From positions 11,956-75,955 of the forward strand of contig CAZDVO010000004.1 of NCBI GenBank assembly GCA_964508905.1: a stretch of 64,000 nucleotides of DNA, in the 5' to 3' direction. The notes under the pieces are model-generated. The model had not been told where the DNA came from. It did no database searches and saw only the letters and a program-made list of their open reading frames with translations. The stretch comes from an uncultured bacterium (lineage in GTDB: Bacteria > Omnitrophota > Omnitrophia > Omnitrophales > Aquincolibacteriaceae). The position numbers and the translations under genes are program-made. This document shows, piece by piece, positions 19,197 to 29,221 of this stretch. The number at the start of each line of letters is the position of its first letter. Positions within the stretch are counted from its first letter, which is position 1.

Positions 19197-20264
19197 TTAA
19201 AGCACCGCGACCTTTTGCATGGCTTCCTTGATGCGCCCCAGCCCTTCTTCGATCTGTTTAATATCGAGAGCGTAACTCAAGCGGATCCGATCGGGAGCAC
19301 CAAACCACTCACCCAGGTACGTGATCACTTTGAAATCGTTATAGAGAACCGATAAGAATTCCCGCGCATTCTTGCACTTCGGGAGCACATAGAACGCGCC
19401 TTCCGGCTTCCAAAGATCAAACCCGAGATCGACCAAGCCCTTGTAGATGTAATCCCGACGTTCCCGCCAGATCTTTTGCTGCTTCAAGATATACTCCTTG
19501 GGCGCCTTCATGGCGGAAAGGGCCATGTCCTGTCCCACTAGGTTCGTATTCATCGACGTATGCGTTTTCATTTCGCAAATCGTTTCAACGATCCGCTTAT
19601 CCGAACTCCAGAGGTACCCCACCCGCACGCCGCACATGCAATACGTCTTCGAGAACGAGTTGACCGTGATCACATGGCCGCCTTGGATATGATAATTCTC
19701 GCGTTCATAGATCAAGTCCTTGTAGACCTCATCCGAAACCACGTAAACGCCTAGCTTCTGGGTGACTTGTTCGATCTCCTTCAACGTCTCGATCGCCTCG
19801 ACTCGGCCCGTCGGGTTGGACGGCGAATTGATCAACACCGCGCGGCAATCCTTGATCTTTTTATTGAAATCATCCAGATCGATCCGCCCATCAACGAGCT
19901 CGGTAAAAACCGGGATCATACCCGCCATCTCAATGATGGGAAGATAGGAATAATAGAAAGGACGAGGCAGGAGCACTTTCTCGCCTTTTCCCCAGGCCCG
20001 AAAAATGAGGTCCAGCGCTTCAGAAGCTCCGTTCGTGATCACGAAGTTATCCGCGGTCGAACCGGCATATTCCCGAGCCAGGCTTTCCCTCAGCTTCACT
20101 TCTCCCTGGATAAGCCCATAGCGGAGATCCCTCGTAAGATCGATACCCTGGAAGGCTTCCGGCGGCGGCGGGAGGTCCGGTTGTCCGGAACCAAAACTAA
20201 TAACGCCATTGCCTTGTTTACCAATAAAATCGGCGGGACTTTTGAGCTTTAATATTTGGGTCAT
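19197..20264 (-). CDS. PLP-dependent aminotransferase, class I/II
   Basis: 'SFSKTYCMCGVRVGY' lysine-containing PLP site; 355 aa. Confidence 0.85.
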   Translation of the reverse strand: MTQILKLKSPADFIGKQGNGVISFGSGQPDLPPPPEAFQGIDLTRDLRYGLIQGEVKLRESLAREYAGSTADNFVITNGASEALDLIFRAWGKGEKVLLPRPFYYSYLPIIEMAGMIPVFTELVDGRIDLDDFNKKIKDCRAVLINSPSNPTGRVEAIETLKEIEQVTQKLGVYVVSDEVYKDLIYERENYHIQGGHVITVNSFSKTYCMCGVRVGYLWSSDKRIVETICEMKTHTSMNTNLVGQDMALSAMKAPKEYILKQQKIWRERRDYIYKGLVDLGFDLWKPEGAFYVLPKCKNAREFLSVLYNDFKVITYLGEWFGAPDRIRLSYALDIKQIEEGLGRIKEAMQKVAVL

Positions 20265-20390
20265 GAGAGGTCATTCGACTTTCTGTTCTTGATCCGACAG
20301 GCCTTGCCGGGGATGCAAAGGGACACATCAAACCTGCGAAGCGATCACGCGGAATATGAAAAGATCGGTTTAAAAAATAAAAAGCCGGGG

Positions 20391-20666
20391 CTAGGCGTCC
20401 TCGTCTTCCTCGTCCCCGCCCAGATCACCTTCTTCATCATCAATAATGCAAAGGAGTTCATCGCGTTGGACCGCATCGTCCTCATCGATGCAAACCTCGG
20501 CCAGAACACCCGACGCAGGCGCCGTGATCAATACGACCGAGTCCTCCGTCGCCAATTCCACAAGGTCATCGCCTTCCGTCACGGTATCCCCTTCTTCAAA
20601 AAACCAGGTCTTCACCGTCGCTTCGTCAACATGCTTGCCCAACCCTTTTGCCAAAACCTCCAACAT
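20391..20666 (-). CDS. Small acidic lipoyl/biotinyl-attachment-like domain protein lacking the modifiable lysine
   Basis: Start taken at 'MLEVLAKGLGKHVDEATVKTWFFEEGDTVTEGDDLVELATEDSVVLITAPASGVL...'. Hybrid-barrel motif with Ser where the lipoyl-Lys is expected; poly-acidic tail; directly downstream of lipA. The ORF-track version (to 20810) overlaps lipA and is likely over-extended. Confidence 0.4.
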   Translation of the reverse strand: MLEVLAKGLGKHVDEATVKTWFFEEGDTVTEGDDLVELATEDSVVLITAPASGVLAEVCIDEDDAVQRDELLCIIDDEEGDLGGDEEDEDA

Positions 20667-20700
20667 GGTCCTTGCTCTCCCTATGAATAAAAGTAGTAAT

Positions 20701-21603
20701 TTAGATCCCTGTACAAGTTTCAGACTGACCGCTCGTCCGCGAATCGCCCAGCCCCGAGAAGGTTTCCCTCGCGTGGTAGGAACTCCGAACGTAAGCTCCC
20801 GACTGCACATTCTCGAACCCCATCGCCCGCAACTTCCGGGCCAAGTCCGCGAATTTTTCCGGTGTCACATACTCCTGGACTTCCAGACTCTGCGCTTTGG
20901 GCTGAAGGTACTGTCCGAGGGTCATGATGGAAACACCCACAGACAAAAGATGACGCCCCGTTTCGAGGATCTCAGGGACCGTCTCACCCAGCCCCAACAT
21001 CAGGCCGCTTTTTGTCACCCGGGCCGGCGCCAAACGTTTTGCGACCTCCAGAGTCTTCAAGGAACAATGATAATCGGCCTGAGGCCGAACGACCCGCTGA
21101 AGGCGTTCCACGGTTTCCAGATTGTGATTAAACACTTCGGGGCCGGCATCCACCACACAGCGGACCAGCTCTTCCCGAGAATGAAAATCCGGCGTCAGCA
21201 CTTCCACCTCGGCCCCGGGGATCTCGCGTTTGACCGCGCGCACCGTGCTCGCGTAATGCCCCGCGCCTTCGTCTTCAAGATCGTCCCTCGTGACCGAGGT
21301 GACCACCACATAGCGCAAACCCAATTCTTTGGCCGCAAACGCGACGCGCTCGGGTTCATCGCGGCGAAGCGCCTCGCCGGCGCCGGTCGGGACCGCGCAA
21401 AAACCGCAGTGACGCGTGCAAACGCCGCCGAGGATCATGAAGGTCGCTGTGTCTTTAGCATAGCACTCGTGAATATTCGGGCACATCGCGGCACGGCAGA
21501 CGGTATTCAACTCATATTTATTCAAAATGGCGTGGGTCCGCTGGGAAGAATTTTCTGGCAAGGAACGTCGCAACCAATCCGGGAAGCGCCTGAAAGTTCG
21601 CAC
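20701..21603 (-). CDS. lipA: Lipoyl synthase
   Basis: 'CPNIHECY' and 'CTRHCGFCAV' cysteine clusters. Confidence 0.92.
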   Translation of the reverse strand: MRTFRRFPDWLRRSLPENSSQRTHAILNKYELNTVCRAAMCPNIHECYAKDTATFMILGGVCTRHCGFCAVPTGAGEALRRDEPERVAFAAKELGLRYVVVTSVTRDDLEDEGAGHYASTVRAVKREIPGAEVEVLTPDFHSREELVRCVVDAGPEVFNHNLETVERLQRVVRPQADYHCSLKTLEVAKRLAPARVTKSGLMLGLGETVPEILETGRHLLSVGVSIMTLGQYLQPKAQSLEVQEYVTPEKFADLARKLRAMGFENVQSGAYVRSSYHARETFSGLGDSRTSGQSETCTGI

Positions 21604-21730
21604 GAGAGACCTTTCTCAAAGCAATTTTAAAATGAGCTGAAAGTGGGAGCGTTTTTATCAGAAAGCACGCGGAGTGTCAAGCCTCACGCATCTCCACGCA
21701 ATAAAACCTAACTCGTTACAGCATCGAACG

Positions 21731-22393
21731 TTAGTCGAGAAAAGGACGCATCAAAGCAACGGGGATCCCGATATCCACCACATCAATCGTTCCGGCATGC
21801 TCGGGCCCCTCACCCTCGAAGAGCCCGGCCTTCGGAAGCGCAAGCGTGATGGTTCGGGTCGCCTTGACGGCATCGCCCAGCACGCGCCCGGAATCGGCGT
21901 CTAATCCGGACGGGACATCAATGCTGACAACCGGTTTTTCGCTCTGATTGATCGCTCGGATCACGGCTCGGACGCTGCCACCAACCGGTCCGTGGAGCCC
22001 CACACCAAAGATGGCATCCACGATCAGTCCGGCGTTTCGGAGCTCTGCCCCCAAATTCAGGCCGCGGTCTTCGGGCAAGAGGATCGGCACTTTCATCTTC
22101 CGGAGAATGTGGTAATGGAGAAGCGGATCGGGCTTCAGCACCGAAGGGACGTCCAGAAGGATCACCCGGACCGAAAAACCCCGGTTGGCAAGATGGCGCG
22201 CGACGACCATGCCGTCCCCGCCGTTATTCCCTTTCCCGACCAGGACAAGCACTTTCCCCGGGGAGAAATGCCGTAGCATAATATCCCCCGCCGCTCGCCC
22301 GGCGTTCTCCATCAGCAAAAGCGCGGGGATCCCAAAATCACGGATCGCTGCCTCATCCAACCGCCGCATTTCTTCGGAACTAACGCATCGCAT
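21731..22393 (-). CDS. NAD(P)H-hydrate epimerase (YjeF N-terminal domain)
   Basis: 'VLVLVGKGNNGGDGMVVARHL', 'DAIFGVGL'. Confidence 0.8.
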   Translation of the reverse strand: MRCVSSEEMRRLDEAAIRDFGIPALLLMENAGRAAGDIMLRHFSPGKVLVLVGKGNNGGDGMVVARHLANRGFSVRVILLDVPSVLKPDPLLHYHILRKMKVPILLPEDRGLNLGAELRNAGLIVDAIFGVGLHGPVGGSVRAVIRAINQSEKPVVSIDVPSGLDADSGRVLGDAVKATRTITLALPKAGLFEGEGPEHAGTIDVVDIGIPVALMRPFLD

Positions 22394-22402
22394 AGACGAA
22401 GC

Positions 22403-24040
22403 TTATTGATCCGGGTTGGGCGCTTCCGGCCCGCGCGGGAGCGGCGAGCGGAGCTGAAACTTCTTTTCGGTGTCCAGTACGGCCGATTCGCTTCCAAGGA
22501 ACAGGATCAACTTCTGCAACCCCTGGCGCACGGTATCCACACCTCGGACCCATTCTCCTAACTCCCGGGTCGCGGCTGCATTCTTGCGATCCGCGCGGCT
22601 CCGGTATCGGCGGTGTTCATCTTCGACCCGGGCAAAACGGACTTCCTGTTCGGCGAGCTTCGCGTCGTACTCTTTGCGGATCGTCGCGCGCTCCTGCACG
22701 AGCTTCGCGTGTTCCTGGCGAAGGTTCTCGGATTCGCTGACTTTCTCGGCCAGCTCCAACACTTGCTTTTCAAACTGCGCCAGCGCGGCATCCCGGGAAC
22801 GCAGCGACTCATCCATCGCTTCAATACTCCGCTCAAGTCCAGAAGCCTTCTCCTTTAATTCCTGCTCGCGCTGCCGCGCGGATTCGATCTCCCGTCCGGC
22901 ATCCCCCGCGTACTTCTCAAGTTCACCGATGCGGGAATGAAGACCGTTCTTTTCATTCTCCTTAGCGGCGATCGCTTGTTCGAGTTCCTGGATGCGCCGC
23001 CCTCCCTCAGAAGCCTGAAGCGACAGTTCCTGCTCATGCCTACGGACCTCTTCCAACTGACGCAGGATCTCGCTCGTATTGCGTTCAAGCTCGGCGATCC
23101 GATTCCCCATCGCCGCTTTTTCCGAGTCCTTCGTAGCACAACCCGCTTCCAGTTCCGCGACACGACGGGCCAGCTCTTCCGCTCGTTGGGCACGCCCGGC
23201 GAGCTCATCCTTTTCATGGACCAGGTGTTCGATCGCGGAATTCTTTTGCATCAGGTCTGTTTCGATCTCCCGGACCTTCTCGCCAAGGGCCATCGCCTTC
23301 GCACGCCATTCTTCCCCCTCACGCGTCAAGGCTTCCTGTTTCTGGGCCTCCTGCTGCAACGATTCATAAGCCCGCGCGATCTCTTCTTTTTTCTGGCGTT
23401 CCTGATCCAGCTTTTCCTGAAACTCATTCTTCGTTTTTTCAGAAACCTCCGCGTGTTCCTCGCACATCTGCTGCTTTTCCTGCTGGATCTTCTGAAGCTT
23501 CTCGTTCAACTCGCGGGCGCGGCGCTCCCATTCAAGGTCCATATTGGACCCGGCAGTCGGAACCGGCGGCGCTTCAACTGGCGAAGCCTCGGGCAGAGGC
23601 TCTGCGGCCGGAGCGGGTGTCTCCACCGGAGGTTCCTCCGCTCGCGGCGTTTCAGCGACCGGCGCTGGCGTTTCAGGAAGGGGCACCTCTGCTTTGGCAG
23701 AACCAACGGCAATATCTTCCTGCATGAACATGGCAAGATCCGGCATCTCCGGCCACACGACCTGAAAGCAATTCTTCTTGATCATCTCGTGATTGGTAGT
23801 CTCAACGACCGCCCCCAATTTCTGGAGGAATTTCTTAATCCGGGAAACCACCAAAAAAGGCAGATGGTCGACAAGGATCAGCGGAACGTTGGCCAGGACC
23901 TGTTCGGCGTCTTCGCGGTCCAGATGAAAGAGGGTTTCAAGCTGTTTGACGATATCTTTCTTTCGTTTGGAAGGGACGGACTGCAGCACCACACCCCAGT
24001 CTTCAGCTCCCGGGGGAAGTTTGGAATCATTCGCCGACAT
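22403..24040 (-). CDS. ClpS / L7-L12-CTD-like N-terminal domain protein with Pro/Ala linker and ~350-aa coiled coil
   Basis: The N-terminus 'KKDIVKQLETLFHLDREDAEQVLANVPLILVDHLP' resembles the ClpS core 'FxLDRExAxQ'. Then a PAPV-rich linker and a long E/R/K/A/Q heptad region. Confidence 0.45.
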   Translation of the reverse strand: MSANDSKLPPGAEDWGVVLQSVPSKRKKDIVKQLETLFHLDREDAEQVLANVPLILVDHLPFLVVSRIKKFLQKLGAVVETTNHEMIKKNCFQVVWPEMPDLAMFMQEDIAVGSAKAEVPLPETPAPVAETPRAEEPPVETPAPAAEPLPEASPVEAPPVPTAGSNMDLEWERRARELNEKLQKIQQEKQQMCEEHAEVSEKTKNEFQEKLDQERQKKEEIARAYESLQQEAQKQEALTREGEEWRAKAMALGEKVREIETDLMQKNSAIEHLVHEKDELAGRAQRAEELARRVAELEAGCATKDSEKAAMGNRIAELERNTSEILRQLEEVRRHEQELSLQASEGGRRIQELEQAIAAKENEKNGLHSRIGELEKYAGDAGREIESARQREQELKEKASGLERSIEAMDESLRSRDAALAQFEKQVLELAEKVSESENLRQEHAKLVQERATIRKEYDAKLAEQEVRFARVEDEHRRYRSRADRKNAAATRELGEWVRGVDTVRQGLQKLILFLGSESAVLDTEKKFQLRSPLPRGPEAPNPDQ

Positions 24041-24210
24041 AAGCTCAACCTTTCCGTTTAAACTGGGTTTTTCGCCCGCATGCCCCGGACAAATCCAGGG
24101 CCCGAACGCGTTCGCGGCCCATCGCCCATCGAAGAAAAACCAAGAAGGCCGGATCGAATTCGGGTATTATACCCCGACTTGTTGTTTTTTCTACCACGAC
24201 CTTTCAACCC

Positions 24211-25185
24211 GTGACGCGACCGATGATCAAACTTGGAAAAGTTTCACTTCACACGCCCGTTTTCCAGTCGCCCATGGCCGATTGCACGGACATCGCGTTC
24301 CGATTGATCGCGCGCAGCCTCGGTCTCGAGCTCGCTTTCACCGAAATGGTCTCCGCGGAAGCCCTCGCCCGCGAGAACAAAAAGACACTCCCCCTGATCC
24401 GCCGTGTTCCGGGAGACTCGCCGCTGGGGGCCCAGCTCGTCGGTCATGATCCGCGATCGATGGGAATCGCCGCCGCGATGATCGAAGCTATGGGATTTGA
24501 GATCCTCGACCTGAATTGCGGCTGTCCGGTAAGAAAGATCACAAGCCCCGGCGCGGGCTCCGCGCTGCTTCAAAATCCCGCCCTCGCCCGCCGGATCTTT
24601 GAAAGCGTCATGGCGAACGTCAAGAAGATCCCGGTCACCGTCAAAATGCGTATTGGGTTCACGGACGCAAGCGGCAAGGAAGCCCTGCAGCTCGCCCGCC
24701 ACGCTGAGGACTGCGGTCTCACCGCCGTCACGGTGCACGGTCGCACCCGCGCTCAAGGCTATACCGGCAAAGCGGACTGGACCAGGATCGGACTCATCAA
24801 AAGATCGCTCTCGATCCCTGTTTTCGGGAACGGAGATATCTTCGAACCCGAAGACGCCAAACGAATGATCGACGCCAGCGGCTGCGACGGCGTAGCCGTG
24901 GGGCGCGGGGCTCTCGGAAACCCGTGGATCTTTGCGGGGATCAAAGCCTTCCTTTCCGGAAAGAAACCGGCCGAGATCCCGTTCGAGGAAAAGAAGCGCG
25001 TGGCGCTGGAGCACGTCCGGCTCGAAGCAAAATATGAGGGCGAGAAGATCGGCATACTTCAGTCCCGACGGATCGCCACCTGGTATTTCAAAGGCTGCAC
25101 GAACGTCGCCCAATTCCGTGCCAGGATCAATCGCGCGGCATCGCTTGCGGAAATGACAGAACTGATTTCGGGATTTAACGCGTAG
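24211..25185 (+). CDS. dus: tRNA-dihydrouridine synthase
   Basis: 'LDLNCGCPVRKI', 'VTVKMRIGF', 'VTVHGRTRAQGY' Dus TIM-barrel motifs. Confidence 0.9.
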   Translation: MTRPMIKLGKVSLHTPVFQSPMADCTDIAFRLIARSLGLELAFTEMVSAEALARENKKTLPLIRRVPGDSPLGAQLVGHDPRSMGIAAAMIEAMGFEILDLNCGCPVRKITSPGAGSALLQNPALARRIFESVMANVKKIPVTVKMRIGFTDASGKEALQLARHAEDCGLTAVTVHGRTRAQGYTGKADWTRIGLIKRSLSIPVFGNGDIFEPEDAKRMIDASGCDGVAVGRGALGNPWIFAGIKAFLSGKKPAEIPFEEKKRVALEHVRLEAKYEGEKIGILQSRRIATWYFKGCTNVAQFRARINRAASLAEMTELISGFNA

Positions 25186-25205
25186 CCGGGCCCCAAGGGC
25201 CGGGG

Positions 25206-26510
25206 TCAGATCAGTTGCGACTGGAAGATCGTCGCGAAGCCCAGGAAGGCGAGGAAGCCCATCACGTCCGTGATGGTCGTCAGAATGATGTTCGAACATT
25301 GAGCCGGGTCCAGACCGATCGCTTTCATCGCCACAGGGATCGCCGCTCCGGAAAATCCTGCGACCACAAGGTTCACGAGCATCCCGAGCCCGACCACGAT
25401 CCCCAGAAAAGGATTCCCCTGCCAGGCCCAGGTCACGGCAGCCGTCACGATCCCGATAATGACCCCGTTCACGGCCCCGATCCAGGTTTCCCTCGCGATC
25501 AATTGCCAGGCTTTACGGAAAGGGATCTCCCGAAGCACAAGCCCCCTCATTACAACCGCCAGGGACTGCGCCCCGGCATTCCCGCCTTGGCCTGCGACCA
25601 CCGGCAAAAAGACCGCGAGCACCGTAATTTTGGCAATGATCCCCTGAAAACAACCGACCACAAAGGCCGCGAGAAAAGCCGTCGCCAGATTCACATGAAG
25701 CCACGGCAACCGCTTCCGCAACGAAAATCCGACCGGCGAGAACACGCGCTCATCCCCGCCCGCGCCGAACATCTTTTGAAAATCCTCCGTCGCGTCTTCC
25801 CGGACGCCTTGCAGAAGATTCCCCGCGTCGATCACGCCGATCAGACGCTGTTCCTGATCCACAACAGGCACGGCAAAAAAGCGGCGTTTTCCGCTAAGAC
25901 GCACGACCTCCTCCCGGTCCATCAATGCGTTCACGGAAAACACCTCCCGACGCATCACGTCCGCAAGCAGGGCCTCACCCTCCGCGAGCAAAAGGTCCCT
26001 CATATTCATGACCCCGATCAAACGGTTCTGCTTATCCACGACATAAACATAAAACGGCGTCTCTTTTTTATGGGCGAGAACCCGGATCCGCTGAACGGCC
26101 TCGTCCACCGAAAGATCGTCCCAGAACGCAATGAACGAAGTGCTCATGATCCGCCCGGCGCTGTTAACGGGAAAGGTCAGAAGTTCCCGGATCTGGTCCT
26201 TCGCCTTTTTGGGGAGACGCCCCAGGATATGCTCCCGGTCCGTTTCGGGAAGATGGGCAAAAATAGCCGTCCCTTGATGCGGGTCCATCTGAAGGATGAT
26301 CTCATCGAACAGTTCATGAGAAGCCCCTTTGAGTATCCCGGCGGCAAAATGCGGTTGCAGATGCCCGAAGGCCCTGCCAGCGATCTTGGGAGGCAATGAT
26401 TTCAGAACCGCGAGGGCCTTCTCTTCCGACATGGATTCGAGGCTGTGGGCGGCGGAGACCGGTTCCTTCTCGAAGTATTTTTCGGCAAGCGGCAGCAGCG
26501 CGTCGCGCAT
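25206..26510 (-). CDS. mgtE: Magnesium transporter MgtE
   Basis: MgtE N-domain, tandem CBS domains and a C-terminal 5-TM domain ('GQGGNAGAQS'). Confidence 0.9.
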   Translation of the reverse strand: MRDALLPLAEKYFEKEPVSAAHSLESMSEEKALAVLKSLPPKIAGRAFGHLQPHFAAGILKGASHELFDEIILQMDPHQGTAIFAHLPETDREHILGRLPKKAKDQIRELLTFPVNSAGRIMSTSFIAFWDDLSVDEAVQRIRVLAHKKETPFYVYVVDKQNRLIGVMNMRDLLLAEGEALLADVMRREVFSVNALMDREEVVRLSGKRRFFAVPVVDQEQRLIGVIDAGNLLQGVREDATEDFQKMFGAGGDERVFSPVGFSLRKRLPWLHVNLATAFLAAFVVGCFQGIIAKITVLAVFLPVVAGQGGNAGAQSLAVVMRGLVLREIPFRKAWQLIARETWIGAVNGVIIGIVTAAVTWAWQGNPFLGIVVGLGMLVNLVVAGFSGAAIPVAMKAIGLDPAQCSNIILTTITDVMGFLAFLGFATIFQSQLI

Positions 26511-26513
26511 CGA

Positions 26514-27401
26514 TTACATGTGCCGCCGAACCCAATCCGACGAGCGTTCAGCGGACGAGCGATAGACAATCTCAGCCATGATCTTCTTCAAAATCTGGTG
26601 CAGGATCTTGGTCAGGAGGGAATCGGCGCGAAAATCCGCCGGTGCGAAATGTTCCGCGCGATGCTCGGCAACCATCGCCTTCACTTCACGGGGAACCCGT
26701 TTTTGAGGATCATACACTGCAACCGCATACCCCTTCGCCTTTTGCGTCACGGTCATGGACGGCACATCCGTGATCCCATCCCCGATATAGATCATGTTCC
26801 GGAATGGAATACGGCGTTCAGCCTCAGGCATATGCCCGTTGATACTTTCATCCAATTTGAGCATACCTTTGTTAATGCGGAAAAGAAATTGCGTCTTATT
26901 GGTGTCATTAATAACAAGCTTGGGAAAAACAGGCCGTCCGCCCTGAAAATCAAACTCGCATGCAAAAGTCTCTTTAAAGTATTTCCGGATACTGACCCCA
27001 TCCAGGATATCCTGAAGGCCGCTGGAGATAATGTAATGTTCGATCGTGATCCCGATCTCTCGTGCTTCAGGGAACGCATTCAGAAAATCGGCCAGATGAT
27101 CAAAATAGCCTTCGTTCACACCCGGGTAATAGGTGATCCTGCGCGCGGATTCGCGAAGTGTTTTCCGGGTGAGCGGCTTCCGCCGAAAGATCGGATCGTC
27201 GATCAGCAGTTTCAGGTAGGCCAGCGTTTTCTCATAGCCGCGCTTCACGACAAGCTTCTGCGAACGTTCCCAGAATTTTTTCTTATCGATCCCGTAGGAC
27301 TGAAAGATCGTCTCTTCCTGCATATTCCCGGGCGAGAGCGTCCCATCAAAGTCGTACACGATCGCGATGATGTTTTGAGCGGCCTTTTTTTTCGCCGGCA
27401 T
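26514..27401 (-). CDS. HAD-superfamily hydrolase
   Basis: 'IVYDFDGTLS' motif I and 'YIGDGITD' motif IV. Confidence 0.7.
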   Translation of the reverse strand: MPAKKKAAQNIIAIVYDFDGTLSPGNMQEETIFQSYGIDKKKFWERSQKLVVKRGYEKTLAYLKLLIDDPIFRRKPLTRKTLRESARRITYYPGVNEGYFDHLADFLNAFPEAREIGITIEHYIISSGLQDILDGVSIRKYFKETFACEFDFQGGRPVFPKLVINDTNKTQFLFRINKGMLKLDESINGHMPEAERRIPFRNMIYIGDGITDVPSMTVTQKAKGYAVAVYDPQKRVPREVKAMVAEHRAEHFAPADFRADSLLTKILHQILKKIMAEIVYRSSAERSSDWVRRHM

Positions 27402-27496
27402 AAGGTCCTTACCTACCGTCCGCTAAAACGGACATTTCCAAAAATCCGCTCCAGGAAGGCCGCGTCAAGCGGCAATCCCGGAGCAGAAAAAACCGA

Positions 27497-27874
27497 TCAC
27501 TTCTGCTGAGATTTTGCCGCAGAAGCCCCCTCGACCGTGATCCCGAGCGTGCGGGCGCGCTCGACCTGAATGTACTGTGAAAGGGTCTTGATGTTCTGGG
27601 AAAAGCTCTTCTTCTGATCGTCCGTCAATTTATCGTTCGCCCCCGGAAGCTGGATCTGACCGACCGGGAAGAGCAGCGCGGCTTCGTTGCTGGGGACCAG
27701 CACATCGATCCGGCCGTTCGTATTGTTCAGGCGGTAGAGAACGCCTTCGTAACCATAAACGGAATAGACCTCACGCTGGGAGATCCTCTTGGCATTCTCC
27801 ATGCCCGTTTTGAGAATGAAAGACGAAACCACCAAGGCAAGTGCGACAATGGAAGCGACAACAATGTTTTTCAT
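27497..27874 (-). CDS. Small secreted protein of unknown function
   Basis: 125 aa with a signal peptide 'MKNIVVASIVALALVVSS'. Confidence 0.4.
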   Translation of the reverse strand: MKNIVVASIVALALVVSSFILKTGMENAKRISQREVYSVYGYEGVLYRLNNTNGRIDVLVPSNEAALLFPVGQIQLPGANDKLTDDQKKSFSQNIKTLSQYIQVERARTLGITVEGASAAKSQQK

Positions 27875-27939
27875 GACGGACTCCTGGGTTGACTGCGGTT
27901 GAAAAGAGTATCGGCCGACCGGGGCCGTTTTTAAAGCAC

Positions 27940-28485
27940 CTACTTAAAATAGCGCTCGCGGTAGAACTTCAGCTCAGCGATCGACTCGCGGATGTCCGAA
28001 AGCGCCCGATGGGACTTCCCTTTCGGCGGCTCCTTATCCTTCGGATACCAGCGCGCGATCAGGGCCTTGAGCGAACTGACATCCACATGCCGGTAATGAA
28101 GATAATCATCGATCTTCGGCATGTATTTGACGAGAAAGCGCCGGTCATGATGGATCGAGTTGCCGCAAAGGGGCGCCTTCTTCGGCTTGCAATACTCCTG
28201 GATGATCTCTAGCGTCAACTCCTCCGCTTTCTTGACCGTCATCGTGGAGGACTTCACCGCTTCGATCAGGCCCGACTTGCCGTGATGTTCGCGATTCCAC
28301 TCGTCCATCCCCTTCAGCACGTTCGCGGGCTGATGGATCACGAGATCCGGCCCCTCGGCCAGGATGTTCAGATTGCCGTCGGTGATGATCGTCGCGATCT
28401 CGAGGATCTTTTCTTTCTCCGGATCCAGCCCCGACATCTCCATATCGATCCAAACCATATTAAAACGATGAACCTTCGGAACCAT
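27940..28485 (-). CDS. orn: Oligoribonuclease
   Basis: 'WIDMEMSGLDPEKEKILEIA', 'GNSIHHDRRFL', 'HRALSDI' DEDDh exonuclease motifs. The start is probably the internal Met at ~28458. Confidence 0.88.
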   Translation of the reverse strand: MVPKVHRFNMVWIDMEMSGLDPEKEKILEIATIITDGNLNILAEGPDLVIHQPANVLKGMDEWNREHHGKSGLIEAVKSSTMTVKKAEELTLEIIQEYCKPKKAPLCGNSIHHDRRFLVKYMPKIDDYLHYRHVDVSSLKALIARWYPKDKEPPKGKSHRALSDIRESIAELKFYRERYFK

Positions 28486-28504
28486 GTGACCTTCTTTCCC
28501 GGCC

Positions 28505-29077
28505 CTAGCGGCCTTTGGCTACGTCTTCGTTGGCGTAATAAGTTTCTTCGAACTGCGTTTCAAAAACGTTCTTCAAGGCCTCGCTCACTTCCATCATGAA
28601 GCAAAATCCGGAGCCCAGGTTCGGCTCCGCCGAATCCTGCCCGCGAGACATCGCTTCGAGACCCAGCTTATGAAAAAGATGAACGAGCACGCCCAGAACC
28701 GGCGCCTGTTCGGGATCCGCATTCGAGGCGTACAGGCTTTCGCTGAAACGCGTCGCGTTCTCAAGCGACTTCGGGCTTTCAAAGAGAGCCATCACTTCTT
28801 TAAAGAAAATATTCTGCAACGCCTTGTCTTCGATCCGCCGCGCCGCGCAACATGCGATCCAGGCAACGCACCCCAAGGCCAGCTTCGCGGGAACATACTC
28901 AAGACAGAACGACTCGAACGGAACGCTCCGGAGCTTCGGCTCCCGGGAACAGCACTCCCGGTAGATCAGATCATGTCCGGTCGCATCCAAGACAAGATCC
29001 AGCAACCCTTTGGCCGATAATTTCAATTGATCTGCAGTGTTCATATAGAAATTCCCTCTGTTCGGGTATCCTATCAA
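28505..29077 (-). CDS. Hypothetical cysteine-rich protein
   Basis: 190 aa with 'ECCSREP...FCLEY...GCVAWIACCAARR'; no family recognised. Confidence 0.35.
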   Translation of the reverse strand: MIGYPNRGNFYMNTADQLKLSAKGLLDLVLDATGHDLIYRECCSREPKLRSVPFESFCLEYVPAKLALGCVAWIACCAARRIEDKALQNIFFKEVMALFESPKSLENATRFSESLYASNADPEQAPVLGVLVHLFHKLGLEAMSRGQDSAEPNLGSGFCFMMEVSEALKNVFETQFEETYYANEDVAKGR

Positions 29078-29221
29078 GCGGGCCCGCTGCTGGCAAGGTA
29101 GTAAAAAAGAAAAGAGCCGGATCGATCACGACGAACAACGGTTCCGGCCCACTAAAAACTTCGCCGACCGAACCAAAATCCATTAACTCCACGGACTTTT
29201 TGCCGTACATATGTTATAAAG

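Noticed and set aside
20446-21630. 394-aa plus-strand ORF opposite lipA
   Set aside because: The Ser/Thr/Arg-rich translation is antisense to lipA, whose Cys motifs are unambiguous.
22937-25299. ORFs 22937..24061 (+) and 24244..25299 (-) of 374 and 351 aa
   Set aside because: They overlap the coiled-coil gene and dus respectively on the opposite strand. The Arg/Leu-rich translations are typical of antisense frames in GC-rich DNA.
25215-27509. ORFs 25215..26399 (+) and 26445..27509 (+)
   Set aside because: They are antisense to mgtE and the HAD hydrolase, both of which have clear family motifs.
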